From: an uncultured Planctomycetota bacterium
Lineage (GTDB): Bacteria; Planctomycetota; Planctomycetia; Isosphaerales; Isosphaeraceae
Assembly (NCBI GenBank): GCA_963823665.1
Contig: CAWGMQ010000011.1
Location: 832,001 to 896,000 of the forward strand
DNA: 64,000 bases
Reading direction: 5' to 3'
Positions 55,384 to 64,000 of the stretch are shown one piece after another (position 1 is the stretch's first letter; each line of letters starts with the position of its first letter). The notes beneath the pieces were generated by a model. That model made no database searches. It had not been told where the DNA came from and was given only the letters and a program-made list of their open reading frames with translations. The translations under genes were made by a program, and so were the position numbers.

Positions 55384-56076
55384 CTACGCCGCGGGTTGTA
55401 CCCGCTGCTCCACACAGGTGCGTTGGTACGTAGCTTCCAACTCGACGGGCAGGCACAGGCCGCCCCGCAGCCACAGCGGCAGCGAGGGCAGGCGTTGCCC
55501 TACGGCCAGCGGCTCACGCCACACGTCCAGCGTCGGCGCGCCGTTCCGGTCCACAGGGCGGTACGCGGAACCGCTGAGCGATGGTCCTGGCCCAGGATCG
55601 CCCGCCCCTACCCGCGCCAGCAGCTCGCGATGCAGGTCGCCGGAGCGGTCGGTCACCACGTCCACTAGCACCAGTCCGACACCCGACTGCAGGTACGCCG
55701 CGCACTTCGACACCAGTGCCTCCCGATGCGCGGGCCGGTCCTTGTTGGCCGGACTGACCAGCTCGACCGCCCCCGCCAGCACGGGACCGCCGGACCGACT
55801 GAAAACGCCGATCTCAATGACTGCTGCTGGAAGCTCCAGCGGGAAATTGGCCAGGGGTGGGGCCGGGCTCCACGTCCCCTGGGGGAGCGCCGCGAGGTGT
55901 TCCTCAAAGGCCGCCACGTCGATCTCGACACCAAATTGCACGTTTGCCTCGGCGAAATATCCTTCCGGCAGCATCGCGTTGAGCTGCGAAGAAATATACG
56001 TGGCCCACGAGTTGTGGAACGCGTGCCGGTGCCGGTGCTCGCTCAGTGGGGGATGAAAGTGGTCCAGCAGCGGCAT
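55384..56076 (-). CDS. DUF4058 family protein
   Basis: MPLLDHFHPP...FH..W, LPEGYFAE, AVELVSPANKDR, LPSLPLWL, LEATY. Confidence 0.85.
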   Translation of the reverse strand: MPLLDHFHPPLSEHRHRHAFHNSWATYISSQLNAMLPEGYFAEANVQFGVEIDVAAFEEHLAALPQGTWSPAPPLANFPLELPAAVIEIGVFSRSGGPVLAGAVELVSPANKDRPAHREALVSKCAAYLQSGVGLVLVDVVTDRSGDLHRELLARVGAGDPGPGPSLSGSAYRPVDRNGAPTLDVWREPLAVGQRLPSLPLWLRGGLCLPVELEATYQRTCVEQRVQPAA

Positions 56077-56240
56077 GGCATGTCATCCTCTGGAAAACGA
56101 TCAACAAACCAGAATAACAGACGGCCGTGCTCTCGTACATCGCTGAGCTCGGGCCGACCACCGATCACAGGCACTCCCGACGATGGCAATGACCAAGCCG
56201 ACCGTTCTACCCGTTGCGATTCTTCGCATCGCGGTCACCG

Positions 56241-56714
56241 TCAAGCCTCACCGCCGCCGACGTACCTCGAGAAATGTGAGACGACCCGATCGAAGACCTC
56301 GCCACGTTCGGGCTCAATCTCCTCCAACAGACAGATTGGCGCACAACAAGCCCCGAGGAAAAAAACGCGATCGGACCGATCGGATCTCGAAAGGGCGAAG
56401 AGCAGTTGTGCGACGGCTGTGTTCTCCGGTGCCTCGGGCGAGCGCCGCGACCAGAAGCCGCAGGCCATTCGTTCGATCGCTTCAAGGTTGGGGCCGTCGA
56501 GGGCTTGCTGTCGAGCCCATGAAAGAGCTGCGCTTATCTCGGCAGACGCCCTGCCGAGATGGTCGAGAAGATCACCTACGCAGGGGCAAAGCCAGTCGAA
56601 GATGTGTCCCTCATTCGGTGGGTCATCGAGGTACATCAGAAGTGGGATAGGCCAGCGCGCCCCTTCAATCGCGTACACCCTTCGGCACCCGGCGATGGCC
56701 TCCTGTGCTGTCAT
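56241..56714 (-). CDS. Hypothetical protein
   Basis: 157-aa ORF whose ATG overlaps the TGA of the SMI1/KNR4 gene. Confidence 0.6.
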   Translation of the reverse strand: MTAQEAIAGCRRVYAIEGARWPIPLLMYLDDPPNEGHIFDWLCPCVGDLLDHLGRASAEISAALSWARQQALDGPNLEAIERMACGFWSRRSPEAPENTAVAQLLFALSRSDRSDRVFFLGACCAPICLLEEIEPERGEVFDRVVSHFSRYVGGGEA

Positions 56715-57160
56715 TCGCACGGCTCGCGGTCAAAGTACTCCTGTCCGATTGCTGCCACAAATGCGGCGACGTCTGGTGCGATGACCTCGGCGCTCTCGGG
56801 CCCTGCGATTGGATTGATCATGACGACTGGGAATGGCGGTCGTCCCGAACGGCAGTCGAGCGCGATCCGCTCAAGCCCACCGTTTCCGCCAATGAAAGTG
56901 AAGCCAGGGAAGTGTTCGATGAGGAAGGGATCGCTAAATCCCGCGACAATCTCTTCAACCCGATCCAGCAGCAGCAGAAGAGAGGGTAGCCCCAGATTAC
57001 CTTCGCCACCATTTGAGACCTCCAAGAGCTCGACAAGCTCGTTGGGCAAGGGATGGGGACTGGCTTGGCGGAGCCGATCGATCTCCTGTGGCGACGCACC
57101 CGGCTCGCTCTTCCGGTTGCGATGCGGCTTGGCCAGGATCCGCGAGACTCGATTGCGCAT
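56711..57160 (-). CDS. SMI1/KNR4 (SUKH) family protein
   Basis: GASPQEI..L....P..LP.ELVELL.VSNGG, FIGGNGG.E.IALD, IAPD..AF. Confidence 0.85.
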   Translation of the reverse strand: MRNRVSRILAKPHRNRKSEPGASPQEIDRLRQASPHPLPNELVELLEVSNGGEGNLGLPSLLLLLDRVEEIVAGFSDPFLIEHFPGFTFIGGNGGLERIALDCRSGRPPFPVVMINPIAGPESAEVIAPDVAAFVAAIGQEYFDREPCE

Positions 57161-57168
57161 CGTCAGAT

Positions 57169-57226
57169 GCCTTTCGACCAAGATCAACGGGCCCGCTGCA
57201 GGCGGGTCCGCTGTGTCTCGTCAGGC
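57169..57226 (-). mobile_element. attC-like site (58 bp)
   Basis: Minus strand GCCTGAC-gagaca-CAGCGGACC-cgc ctgca gcg-GGCCCGTTGA-tcttggtc-GAAAGGC. The upstream stop TGA lies inside the first box and the next ATG follows 8 bp later. Confidence 0.65.
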
Positions 57227-57412
57227 CGGTTCCCCGGCAACGTGGCGGGTCACCCGCACCGGTCGGCGCGGAGTGAGGCGCACCACCGACCGTCCCCCGG
57301 CACGCTCCTGCTCGCGCAGGTCACGGGCGATCGCCGCCAAGTCGTAACCGAACTGTCGGCAGTATTCGTCGCGGGCCGTCCGGACCTCCCGCAACACGTC
57401 ATCCTCGCTCAT
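57221..57412 (-). CDS. Small protein typical of PIN-toxin partners (putative antitoxin)
   Basis: MSEDDVLREVRTARDEYCRQFGYDLAAIARDLREQE. Confidence 0.65.
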   Translation of the reverse strand: MSEDDVLREVRTARDEYCRQFGYDLAAIARDLREQERAGGRSVVRLTPRRPVRVTRHVAGEPA

Positions 57413-57544
57413 TGTCTTCGCCTCCAGGCAACTCTGCCACCACTCGCGGGTGATCTGCTGGTGTGCAGCCCGGACGAGGTCTCGGCTCGGCCAAGCCGTC
57501 AGGTAGCTCGGGATTGTGGTCTCCAGATAGACGCGCGGCTTCAT
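57413..57544 (-). pseudogene. PIN/VapC-like toxin with internal deletion
   Basis: MKPRVYLETTIPSYLTAWPSRDLVRAAHQQITREWW, then it runs almost directly into the partner gene. Most of the PIN domain is absent. Confidence 0.75.
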
Positions 57545-57579
57545 TCCCACATTTTACCGCGACGGCATCGGACTCGGCA

Positions 57580-58083
57580 TCAGCCGCCCGCGGCAGGCGG
57601 GGCCGCTGCCTCGCCCTGCCAGGCGCCATCCCGTGCGCGCCGCCGCCTGCGCCGAGCGACCAGCCCACAGATGACCCCGCCGACGAGCCCGACGGGCAGA
57701 ATGAGCATGAGGTGAAGGATGTGGAACTGGCGCATCTCCCGAAGCGCGCCTCCATAGTTATTAGGAGGCGATCGATCAACCATCGCCCTCAACACTGAGA
57801 GCAGCAACCGACTCACGACTGAATCGGAATATCGAAACGCCGCCAGCACATCGAGTACGAGGACGAAGGTCGCCCAGCCGACGGCCGCGAATCCGAACCA
57901 GAAGGCCCCTTCCTCACCCTGGCGATTCCGTGCCAGGAAGGTTGCGAGCACCAAGGCGATCACCGTCACGAACCGGCACGTGTCGACCCAACCATCCTCG
58001 GCTGACCGGAGCGCGGCGACTTCGACGGCGACCAGGGCGACGAGGCTCATGATCCCGGCGATCGAGATTCGCAATCGGCCCAC
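57580..58083 (-). CDS. Hypothetical membrane protein (planctomycete 'R.SI..LM..VA' N-terminus)
   Basis: RLRISIAGIMSLVALVAV, AFWFGFAAVGW, about 4 TM helices, ggaggt RBS. Confidence 0.75.
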   Translation of the reverse strand: MGRLRISIAGIMSLVALVAVEVAALRSAEDGWVDTCRFVTVIALVLATFLARNRQGEEGAFWFGFAAVGWATFVLVLDVLAAFRYSDSVVSRLLLSVLRAMVDRSPPNNYGGALREMRQFHILHLMLILPVGLVGGVICGLVARRRRRRARDGAWQGEAAAPPAAGG

Positions 58084-58108
58084 GCGGCACCTCCGGTTCT
58101 GTCCGCTT

Positions 58109-58192
58109 GATACCCCACCCAGATCAGCGGCCCACCGTCAGTCGGTTTCGCTGCATCGTATCGTCAGGGTCCGCTGGAGTGCCAGGTCAGGC
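58109..58192 (-). mobile_element. Degenerate attC-like site
   Basis: Minus strand GCCTGAC-ctggcactc-CAGCGGACC ... GGCCGCTGA-tctggg. Pairing leaves one extrahelical base, the toxin stop is inside the first box, and the right core box is decayed. Confidence 0.6.
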
Positions 58193-58483
58193 CCGGGATT
58201 GCCAGCGACTCGGATCGCGCTTGCTGTGGTGAACGGCGATGACGGCGATCCGGTGGCTCTCGATTCGGTAGTAGAGGGCATAGGAGAACCGCTTCGTGCG
58301 TGTGTGCCGGACATCCTTGTAGATCAAAGCGTGGTGTTCATGATTCCGTTCGATCCGGTCCAAGACCGACTGGACCTCGGTCAGGAACTGCTCGCCCAAG
58401 CCCAACCGCTGGTTCTCGTATCAGGTATACGCTTCGTCGAAGTCGTCCCGAACGCCCGCCTGAAAGACCAGCGGCAGGTTCAT
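58187..58483 (-). pseudogene. RelE/ParE-family toxin with in-frame TGA
   Basis: MNLPLVF...DEAYT*YENQRLGLGEQF...RFSYALYYR...AVHHSKRDP..W. The TGA at 58421-58423 sits where Trp is expected. Confidence 0.85.
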
Positions 58484-58704
58484 CGGGGCCGTCTCACGTA
58501 GGCTTTGATTTCTTCCCAGGTCGCAACATTGCTGGGGTCCGCGTCGAGGGCCGCCAACCTGCGGTCGAGCAGGTCTTTCAATTCCTCGGTCAATTCGGGC
58601 TCGAACTCTTCGCCGGAAAGCCCGTCCCAGACCTCTTCGATCAGGCGGAGGCGGTCCTCCAGTGGCCAGGATTGGACCTCGGTGAGTACGGTCTTCAGAT
58701 CCAT
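58480..58704 (-). CDS. Addiction module antitoxin component (TIGR02574-like)
   Basis: PLEDRLRLIEEVWDGL...LTEELKDLLDRRL.....P....TWEEIK, with ATGA overlap onto the toxin. Confidence 0.88.
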   Translation of the reverse strand: MDLKTVLTEVQSWPLEDRLRLIEEVWDGLSGEEFEPELTEELKDLLDRRLAALDADPSNVATWEEIKAYVRRPR

Positions 58705-59232
58705 GCGAGACTCCCTCGGCAGGTCGATTCAAGAGACCTTCGCGGAGACGAATTCATCTCATTCCAGTATACCCCGCCAGCGTGGCGCCTGCTCCTCATG
58801 ATCGGCGTTCGGGCAAGCATGGATCGAATCAGCTCCTGCCCGCGCACTTCCCCGGGCATAGCCGTCAGCGGCGCAGCCCGCCGTAGCCGGTGCTGTCCCA
58901 TCTCGCCGTCGCCAAGCGGTCGCCCGCGGCGAACGACGACTCGCCGCCGCATCGATGGCCCGCCCATGCCGGTGCTACTCGGTCCGCCCGAGGCGGGCTC
59001 CAGGCTGTGACGGAGGCGAACTGTCGGCCCGACGGTCAGCGGCCGATGCCGGCCCAGGGCAAGGTAAAGGTGCCGCGCCACCTGGCACCGATCCTCCGGG
59101 AATCGGCTCCGAGGTACGCGGCCAGAGCGGCGAATCTTCCGCGGAAGGACGGCTTCCGACGACGATTGCCTCGCCCGGCTTGCGACCAAGAAGAATCACC
59201 ATGTCCGCCCTCCCCTTGCGGGGCTCAAAGCC

Positions 59233-59276
59233 GCATAACGCTCAAGATCAGCGGCCCGCCGAAACGCGCGTCCGCG
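59233..59276 (-). mobile_element. Right half of an attC-like site
   Basis: Minus strand GCGGAC ... GGGCCGCTGA-tcttgagc-GTTATGC with an intact GTT core. The left box is not recognisable. Confidence 0.55.
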
Positions 59277-59529
59277 ACCCCACCAGAAGCAGATGAACTT
59301 ATACCCCGAACCGCGATCGCCTACCAAGAGGAAGTGGTACCAGTAATTCTCGCCTGCCCGCGTGCCCTTGTCTGCTGCTTCCACGCAACTCAAGCGACCA
59401 CTGCATCGCCTTCTCTGATTGACATCTGGACAACGATCAGCGACGATTTCGAGGGCGCCGAGCGCCCGCCGCCCGCGCTCGCCGCGGCAATCTGTCTCGT
59501 CTCGTTCGCAATGCTGGGAACGCGCCTCC

Positions 59530-60084
59530 ATGGACTCAACGCACGCAAGCCTGGTCGATCGGCTGCGCCAGCCGTCCTCGGCTGAGGCCTGGGATCGGTT
59601 CGTGCAGCTTTACGGGCCGCTGCTGCTGCACTGGGCGCGGAAGCTCGGCTTGCAGAATGAAGACGCAGCAGACCTTGTGCAGGACGTGCTCATCGTGCTC
59701 GTGCGCAAGATGCCGGAGTTTCAATATCAGCCCGATCGGACGTTCCGGGGGTGGATGAGAACCGTCCTCTTGAACAAGTGGCGCGATCGCCCGCACCGTG
59801 GGCCGGCTGCCCCGCTCGACAGCGACATCCAGCCGGTGGCTCCCGATGAATCCGACGAACTTGAGGAACGCGAGTATCGCCTCTACGTCGTGGGTCGGGC
59901 GCTGCGTTTGATGTCGGGGGATTTCGAGCCAACAACCTGGCGCGCGTGCTGGGAAACGGTCGTCGTCGGCCGGCCAGCGGCAGACGTTGCCGCCGAGCTG
60001 GGTATCACCGTCAATGCCGTTTACCTGGCCAAGTCGCGGGTGATCGGCCGGCTGCGCCGTGATCTCGCCGGGCTGCTCGATTGA
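59530..60084 (+). CDS. ECF sigma-70 factor
   Basis: T.ASL..RLR....AWDRFVQLYGPLL..W, DAADLVQDV, FRGWMRTV, VAAELGITVNAVYLAKSRV. Confidence 0.93.
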   Translation: MDSTHASLVDRLRQPSSAEAWDRFVQLYGPLLLHWARKLGLQNEDAADLVQDVLIVLVRKMPEFQYQPDRTFRGWMRTVLLNKWRDRPHRGPAAPLDSDIQPVAPDESDELEEREYRLYVVGRALRLMSGDFEPTTWRACWETVVVGRPAADVAAELGITVNAVYLAKSRVIGRLRRDLAGLLD

Positions 60085-60105
60085 ACCGTGCGACGCCAGA
60101 CCTAG

Positions 60106-61647
60106 TCACTTGGTCTTGGCACTCGCGGTGCTCGAGAATTCCGTGCCTGCGGAGTCGATCGCACCAACCTTGAACTGATACGTGACGGCGTGCGTCAGAC
60201 CAAGCACCGAGAAACTCGTGGTGCCGCTGCCGAGAGACTTGATCGGCGTCCAGACGCCGCCGATCAGCTCATCGATGACATAGCCTGTCGCGCCGGTGAC
60301 CGCCGTCCATCCGAGGTTGATCTGAGTCGTCGACGCCGCGGTGGCGGTGAGTGTCGGCGCCGTGGTGAATGTCTCGATGGTCTGCTGTGCGGCAAAAACC
60401 GTTCCGGCGACGTTCGTCGAGGCGACCTTGAACGTATACGAGGTACCGCTCGCCAGCCCGGAGACATTATCGGTCAGGCTAATTCCGCCAAGACTCGCAA
60501 TCTGCTTCCAGGTGCCCGAAACCAATTCGTCCACGACGTAGCCCGTTGCACCGCTGGCTGCGCTCCATGACAGGTCGATCTGGGTGGGAGAGACTGCTTT
60601 GCCAGTGAACGACGGGGCGGCCGGAAGCGGGATGAACGAGCCAGTGTACGAGCTTGCGTTGACCTGGATCTGACCGAGGTTGGTGTTTCTGGTGAAGAGA
60701 TTTCCACTCTGGACGATCCCAGCGCTGAAGCTCGTGCCGACGGCAGACGGGGCCGGCGAAGGCGATGGCACCGTGGCAGGCACGACACATGTATCGGAGG
60801 CGTAATCGAGCTCTCCCCAGCCAACCGCGGCGTAGCCGGCCTCGAGCGCGGAATACCACGCGTAGTTGAACTCGCTCTGGCTGAAGGCGTTGGTCTGATT
60901 CGCGGTCGTCACCGCCGCGACCTTGAACCCGATTGCGGCCTGGTAGGTCGCCAGTTGGGTTGCTTTTGACTGCCAGGTCGCAAGCGGAACGTAGCTGCTC
61001 GTGTCGACCTGGTAGCTCTCGTAAAGGTAATAGTCAGTCGCGTTCAGGAGCGTAGCGGTTCCCGACGGGTTACTGGAATTCTTGGCGTTGCCAAACGCGT
61101 CGGCCGGCACGAACGCATTGGCCATCACCACCAACCCTTGGCTGTGCGCGTAGGACACGAAGGCGTTCTGCCGCGCGCGGGTCGTGCCGAAGTCGTAACC
61201 GAAATCGTCCAGGAAGATTCCCTTGGCACCCATGGTCTTCCAGTCGTTGATCTCAGTCGTCATCTGGTTCGTTGTGAGATTCTCGGTTGAGACGCCCGTA
61301 TCGACGTAACCGAAGACCAGCGTGTTCTTCATCGCTGGATTCGCGATGATCTGCTGCGTATTGCTGTGGTCGGCATTCGTCGGCAGCTCGAGGGTGTCGC
61401 CGAGAACGACCATCGAGTACGACCCGAGTGTGCTCGCGGCCTTGGACAGGTTGCCTTGAGCGTTGTTGATGAGGGAAGGAAACCCGTAATAAATCAAGAG
61501 ATTCCCCGGCGCGAGGCTGGCGGTCATGAGCTGGCGGTCGTCCAGGCATTCCACGTTCAGCCGCGCCTGGCGCCGTCGCCGGTGCACGGTGCTCCCGCCC
61601 TTGGACATCTGAAGCGACCCGAGCAGCGAGGACAGAAGACGATTCAT
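60106..61647 (-). CDS. Secreted protein: LEPR-XLL-like leader, TIM-barrel glycoside-hydrolase-like domain and two FN3 domains
   Basis: RRRRQARLNVECLDDRQLMT leader, VFGYVD / GIFLDDFGYD / YLYES core, and two AVS.TQI.L.W...GATGY...Y.FKV repeats. Confidence 0.75.
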   Translation of the reverse strand: MNRLLSSLLGSLQMSKGGSTVHRRRRQARLNVECLDDRQLMTASLAPGNLLIYYGFPSLINNAQGNLSKAASTLGSYSMVVLGDTLELPTNADHSNTQQIIANPAMKNTLVFGYVDTGVSTENLTTNQMTTEINDWKTMGAKGIFLDDFGYDFGTTRARQNAFVSYAHSQGLVVMANAFVPADAFGNAKNSSNPSGTATLLNATDYYLYESYQVDTSSYVPLATWQSKATQLATYQAAIGFKVAAVTTANQTNAFSQSEFNYAWYSALEAGYAAVGWGELDYASDTCVVPATVPSPSPAPSAVGTSFSAGIVQSGNLFTRNTNLGQIQVNASSYTGSFIPLPAAPSFTGKAVSPTQIDLSWSAASGATGYVVDELVSGTWKQIASLGGISLTDNVSGLASGTSYTFKVASTNVAGTVFAAQQTIETFTTAPTLTATAASTTQINLGWTAVTGATGYVIDELIGGVWTPIKSLGSGTTSFSVLGLTHAVTYQFKVGAIDSAGTEFSSTASAKTK

Positions 61648-61860
61648 GGCAATACCCCTGCGCGATTGTTGTTGCCTGATGCCGGCAGGCCAACTTGGCC
61701 AGCCGGAAGAGACTACGGTAGGAATCGCCGGGGTCTGTCAGGAAAATCTGGGCCGTGCAGAAAAAGACCCGCCACGTCTGGAGCTCTCCACGTCAGACCA
61801 TCACTCGCTCGGCAGCAACGCCTTGTGCCAGCACGAGTTTGCGCGATTACACCCGCGCCC

Positions 61861-64000
61861 TCACTTCGCGAACCGCGGGTCGAGCGCAGCCGCCTGGCGT
61901 TCATCCGCCTCGGCCTCTCGTACCTGGCCGAGGCCTTTGCGCCAGGCCTCGCGCGTGGTACGCCAGCGCCAGAATCGGATCGATCTTCAATGCCTCGTCG
62001 CAATCGGCGATGGCGTTCTGGTGATTGCCCTGTTGCACGTAGGCCCAGGCGCGCCGCGCCAGGACCACCGCGTGCCGGCGATCGATCTTTAGCGCCGCGG
62101 AAAGCTCGGCGATGGCGCCCGCGTAGTCGTTCGCCATGAGAAGGGCTTCGCCGCGCCTCCAGCGGGATTCCCAGCTCCCCGGATCTCCTTCGACCACCTT
62201 GGCGTAGTCGGCGGCCGCTTCGCGCCATCGGCCGAGCCGGGCGAAGACGCGCCCGCGGAAGCTCCGCTGATCTCGGTCGGCCGGATCGGTCGCGATCAAG
62301 CGATCGAGGTGCCAGAGGGCAGCCTCTTCGTCGCCATCGGCCTCATATTCGCTTGCGAGGCAGCGGTGCCAGGCGGTCGAATCCGCCGGATCCACCCGGC
62401 CGAAGCCGGGGTACTTCGCACGTAACAATCGCCAGCGGTCGAGCCATGCCTCAGAAGTCAACCCGGCATCCGAACCGGCTCGAAGCTCATTGCCGGAGAG
62501 AACCTCCGCCGCCCGGCAGAGGTCGTCGAGCGGCATCGTGGTCTCGGCGGTCAAATCATCCAGGCTCCAGGAGAGCAGATGTCTCCCACCCCCTGCCAGC
62601 ACGGCACGGCGACCATTGGGAGTGACGAGGCTGCACCAGGCATTCCCACCGAATTCCAGGAAGGGTGAGACGGGTCTAGCCGTGTGCCGGTCCCAGACGC
62701 AGGCGGTTCCGTCCCTGCTGGAGGTGACGATCCAGCGCTCATTTTGAGTAAACGTGGCCGTGTACACCGCGCCCTTGTGCAGGAACGTGCGCAGGACCTT
62801 GGTGGTTCGCCAATCCCACAAAAGAGCGGAGCCGTCACGGCAGGAAGAGAGTACGCTGTTGCCGTCGCGGCTGAAGCATGCGGTGTAAACCCAATCGGGA
62901 TGACGAAGCGGTGCGGATAGCGGCTGGCCGGTCTCGAAGTTCCAGACGCGCACCGTTTTGTCCCAGGATGCAGTGAGCAGCATGGTGCCGTCTTCGGAAA
63001 GCACGGCATCTCCGCAGATGGCTTCATGAACGAGCGCCGGGTAACGCGGCAGCCACGTGGCTGTGTCCCACACCCGGACCATGCCGTTCGTGCCCCAGCT
63101 CAAGAGCGCGGCCCCATTGGGAGTGAATCTGACCGACGGCCAGATATTCTCGGCGGGAATGGCATCACCCTGCTCGAGACGGCGAACCAGCTTGCCGGTG
63201 GCCGGGTCGAGAATCAGGATCTGTCCACCCGTGCAAATTGCAGCTAGCTGCGTGCCGTCCAAACTGTACGCGAGACCGCGCGCTTCCGCGGGCAGCGGTA
63301 TCTCCTCGAACAGTCGCTCGCCGGTCGTTCGGCTCCAGAACTCGAGCCTCCCCACGTTCCCCTCCGGCTCGACTCGCATGGCCGTTCGCTCTTCGCGATT
63401 TCCAGCGAACGAGCAAACGGTCACAACCTGGCCGCCGTCGGGCGACACTGCGGCCTCGGTGATCAGCCCTCCGACATCGAGCAGCGGGCTCGCCGGCCGG
63501 CCCGTCTCGACTTCGTAGACGCGCAAGGTGCGGTACACATTCGCCCACCAGCCCGCTCCGGTCGCCACGACGTAACGGCCGTCGGGAGTCAGCCGGGCGG
63601 AGGTTAGACCGACATCAACGGGCAGGTAGAGATTCCGGGGGTTGCCGCGCGGCGGCGACCAGACGCGCACCAGTCCGTCCGACTGGGCTGTCGCCAGCAC
63701 CCTGCCATCGGGCGAGTAGGCAACCAGCTCAACGCCGTCCTGATGCACGAGCGGGCCCGCCATTGCCTCGGCATCTGTCAGGTACCAGAAACCCGCACGA
63801 CGATCCTCGCCGCCGGTCACGACGGTTCGCCCGTCGGGATTGAACGCGACGGACGTCACGTAATTCTGATGCGAGAGAAACGTGCCGACCTGCTTGGCTT
63901 GCCGCGCGTCCCAGATTTGCGCTCCGCTGAAGCCCGCCACCACGAAGAATGAGCCATTTGCGTTTGCCGACACCAGAAACGCCTGCCCGCCGATTCCCCG
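61861..64000 (-). CDS. WD40 plus TPR protein, 3' part (probably a kinase tail; start outside window); frameshift near 61935
   Basis: Multiple WD40 units then TPRs. The shifted frame ends KGLGQVREAEADERQAAALDPRFAK* at 61861. Confidence 0.85.

Noticed and set aside
56140..56240. Additional attC site between DUF4058 and the 56241 ORF (also 54935-55020)
   Set aside because: Only weak partial resemblance. The CAGCGGACC/GGCCGCTG core is missing.
58421..58423. TGA read as Trp (alternative genetic code)
   Set aside because: TGA is the normal stop for many genes in this window and Trp is encoded by TGG elsewhere. A nonsense mutation is the simpler explanation.
1..64000. tRNA, rRNA or intact IS/integrase genes
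   Set aside because: None recognised by eye. A tRNAscan/Rfam/ISfinder run would be needed to exclude them formally.

Overview
GC-rich bacterial DNA whose gene content points strongly to Planctomycetota, probably Isosphaeraceae-like. Indicators are DUF1592/DUF1552, DUF1559, DUF4058, ECF-sigma/Ser-Thr-kinase modules, PEP-CTERM and LEPR-XLL-like secreted proteins, and GTAG-type REPs. The window holds four full TPR- or WD40-tailed Ser/Thr kinases plus truncated copies, and the 3' end of a fifth WD40/TPR gene. It also has two ECF sigma factors, lgt, an AddAB-like helicase-nuclease pair, GH13 and GH32 hydrolases, a zinc metalloprotease and a MarR/methyltransferase pair with a clear operator. About 20 genes are broken by single-base frameshifts, most likely long-read indel errors. 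Five observations stand out. (1) A copper amine oxidase is apparently split into two separately secreted genes, with an NYMY variant of the TPQ motif (27.8-29.9 kb). (2) A decaying integron-like cassette array has four attC-like sites, no integrase in the window, and both toxins disarmed (55-59.3 kb). (3) Intergenic 64-68 bp tandem units carry a TAA-N19-TTA dyad at two loci. (4) Many 70-200 bp gene fragments (lgt, transposase, kinase, DUF1559) sit between genes, often beside REPs. (5) One kinase has near-identical 102-bp TPR units. All family calls come from motif recognition by eye; no database searches were run.
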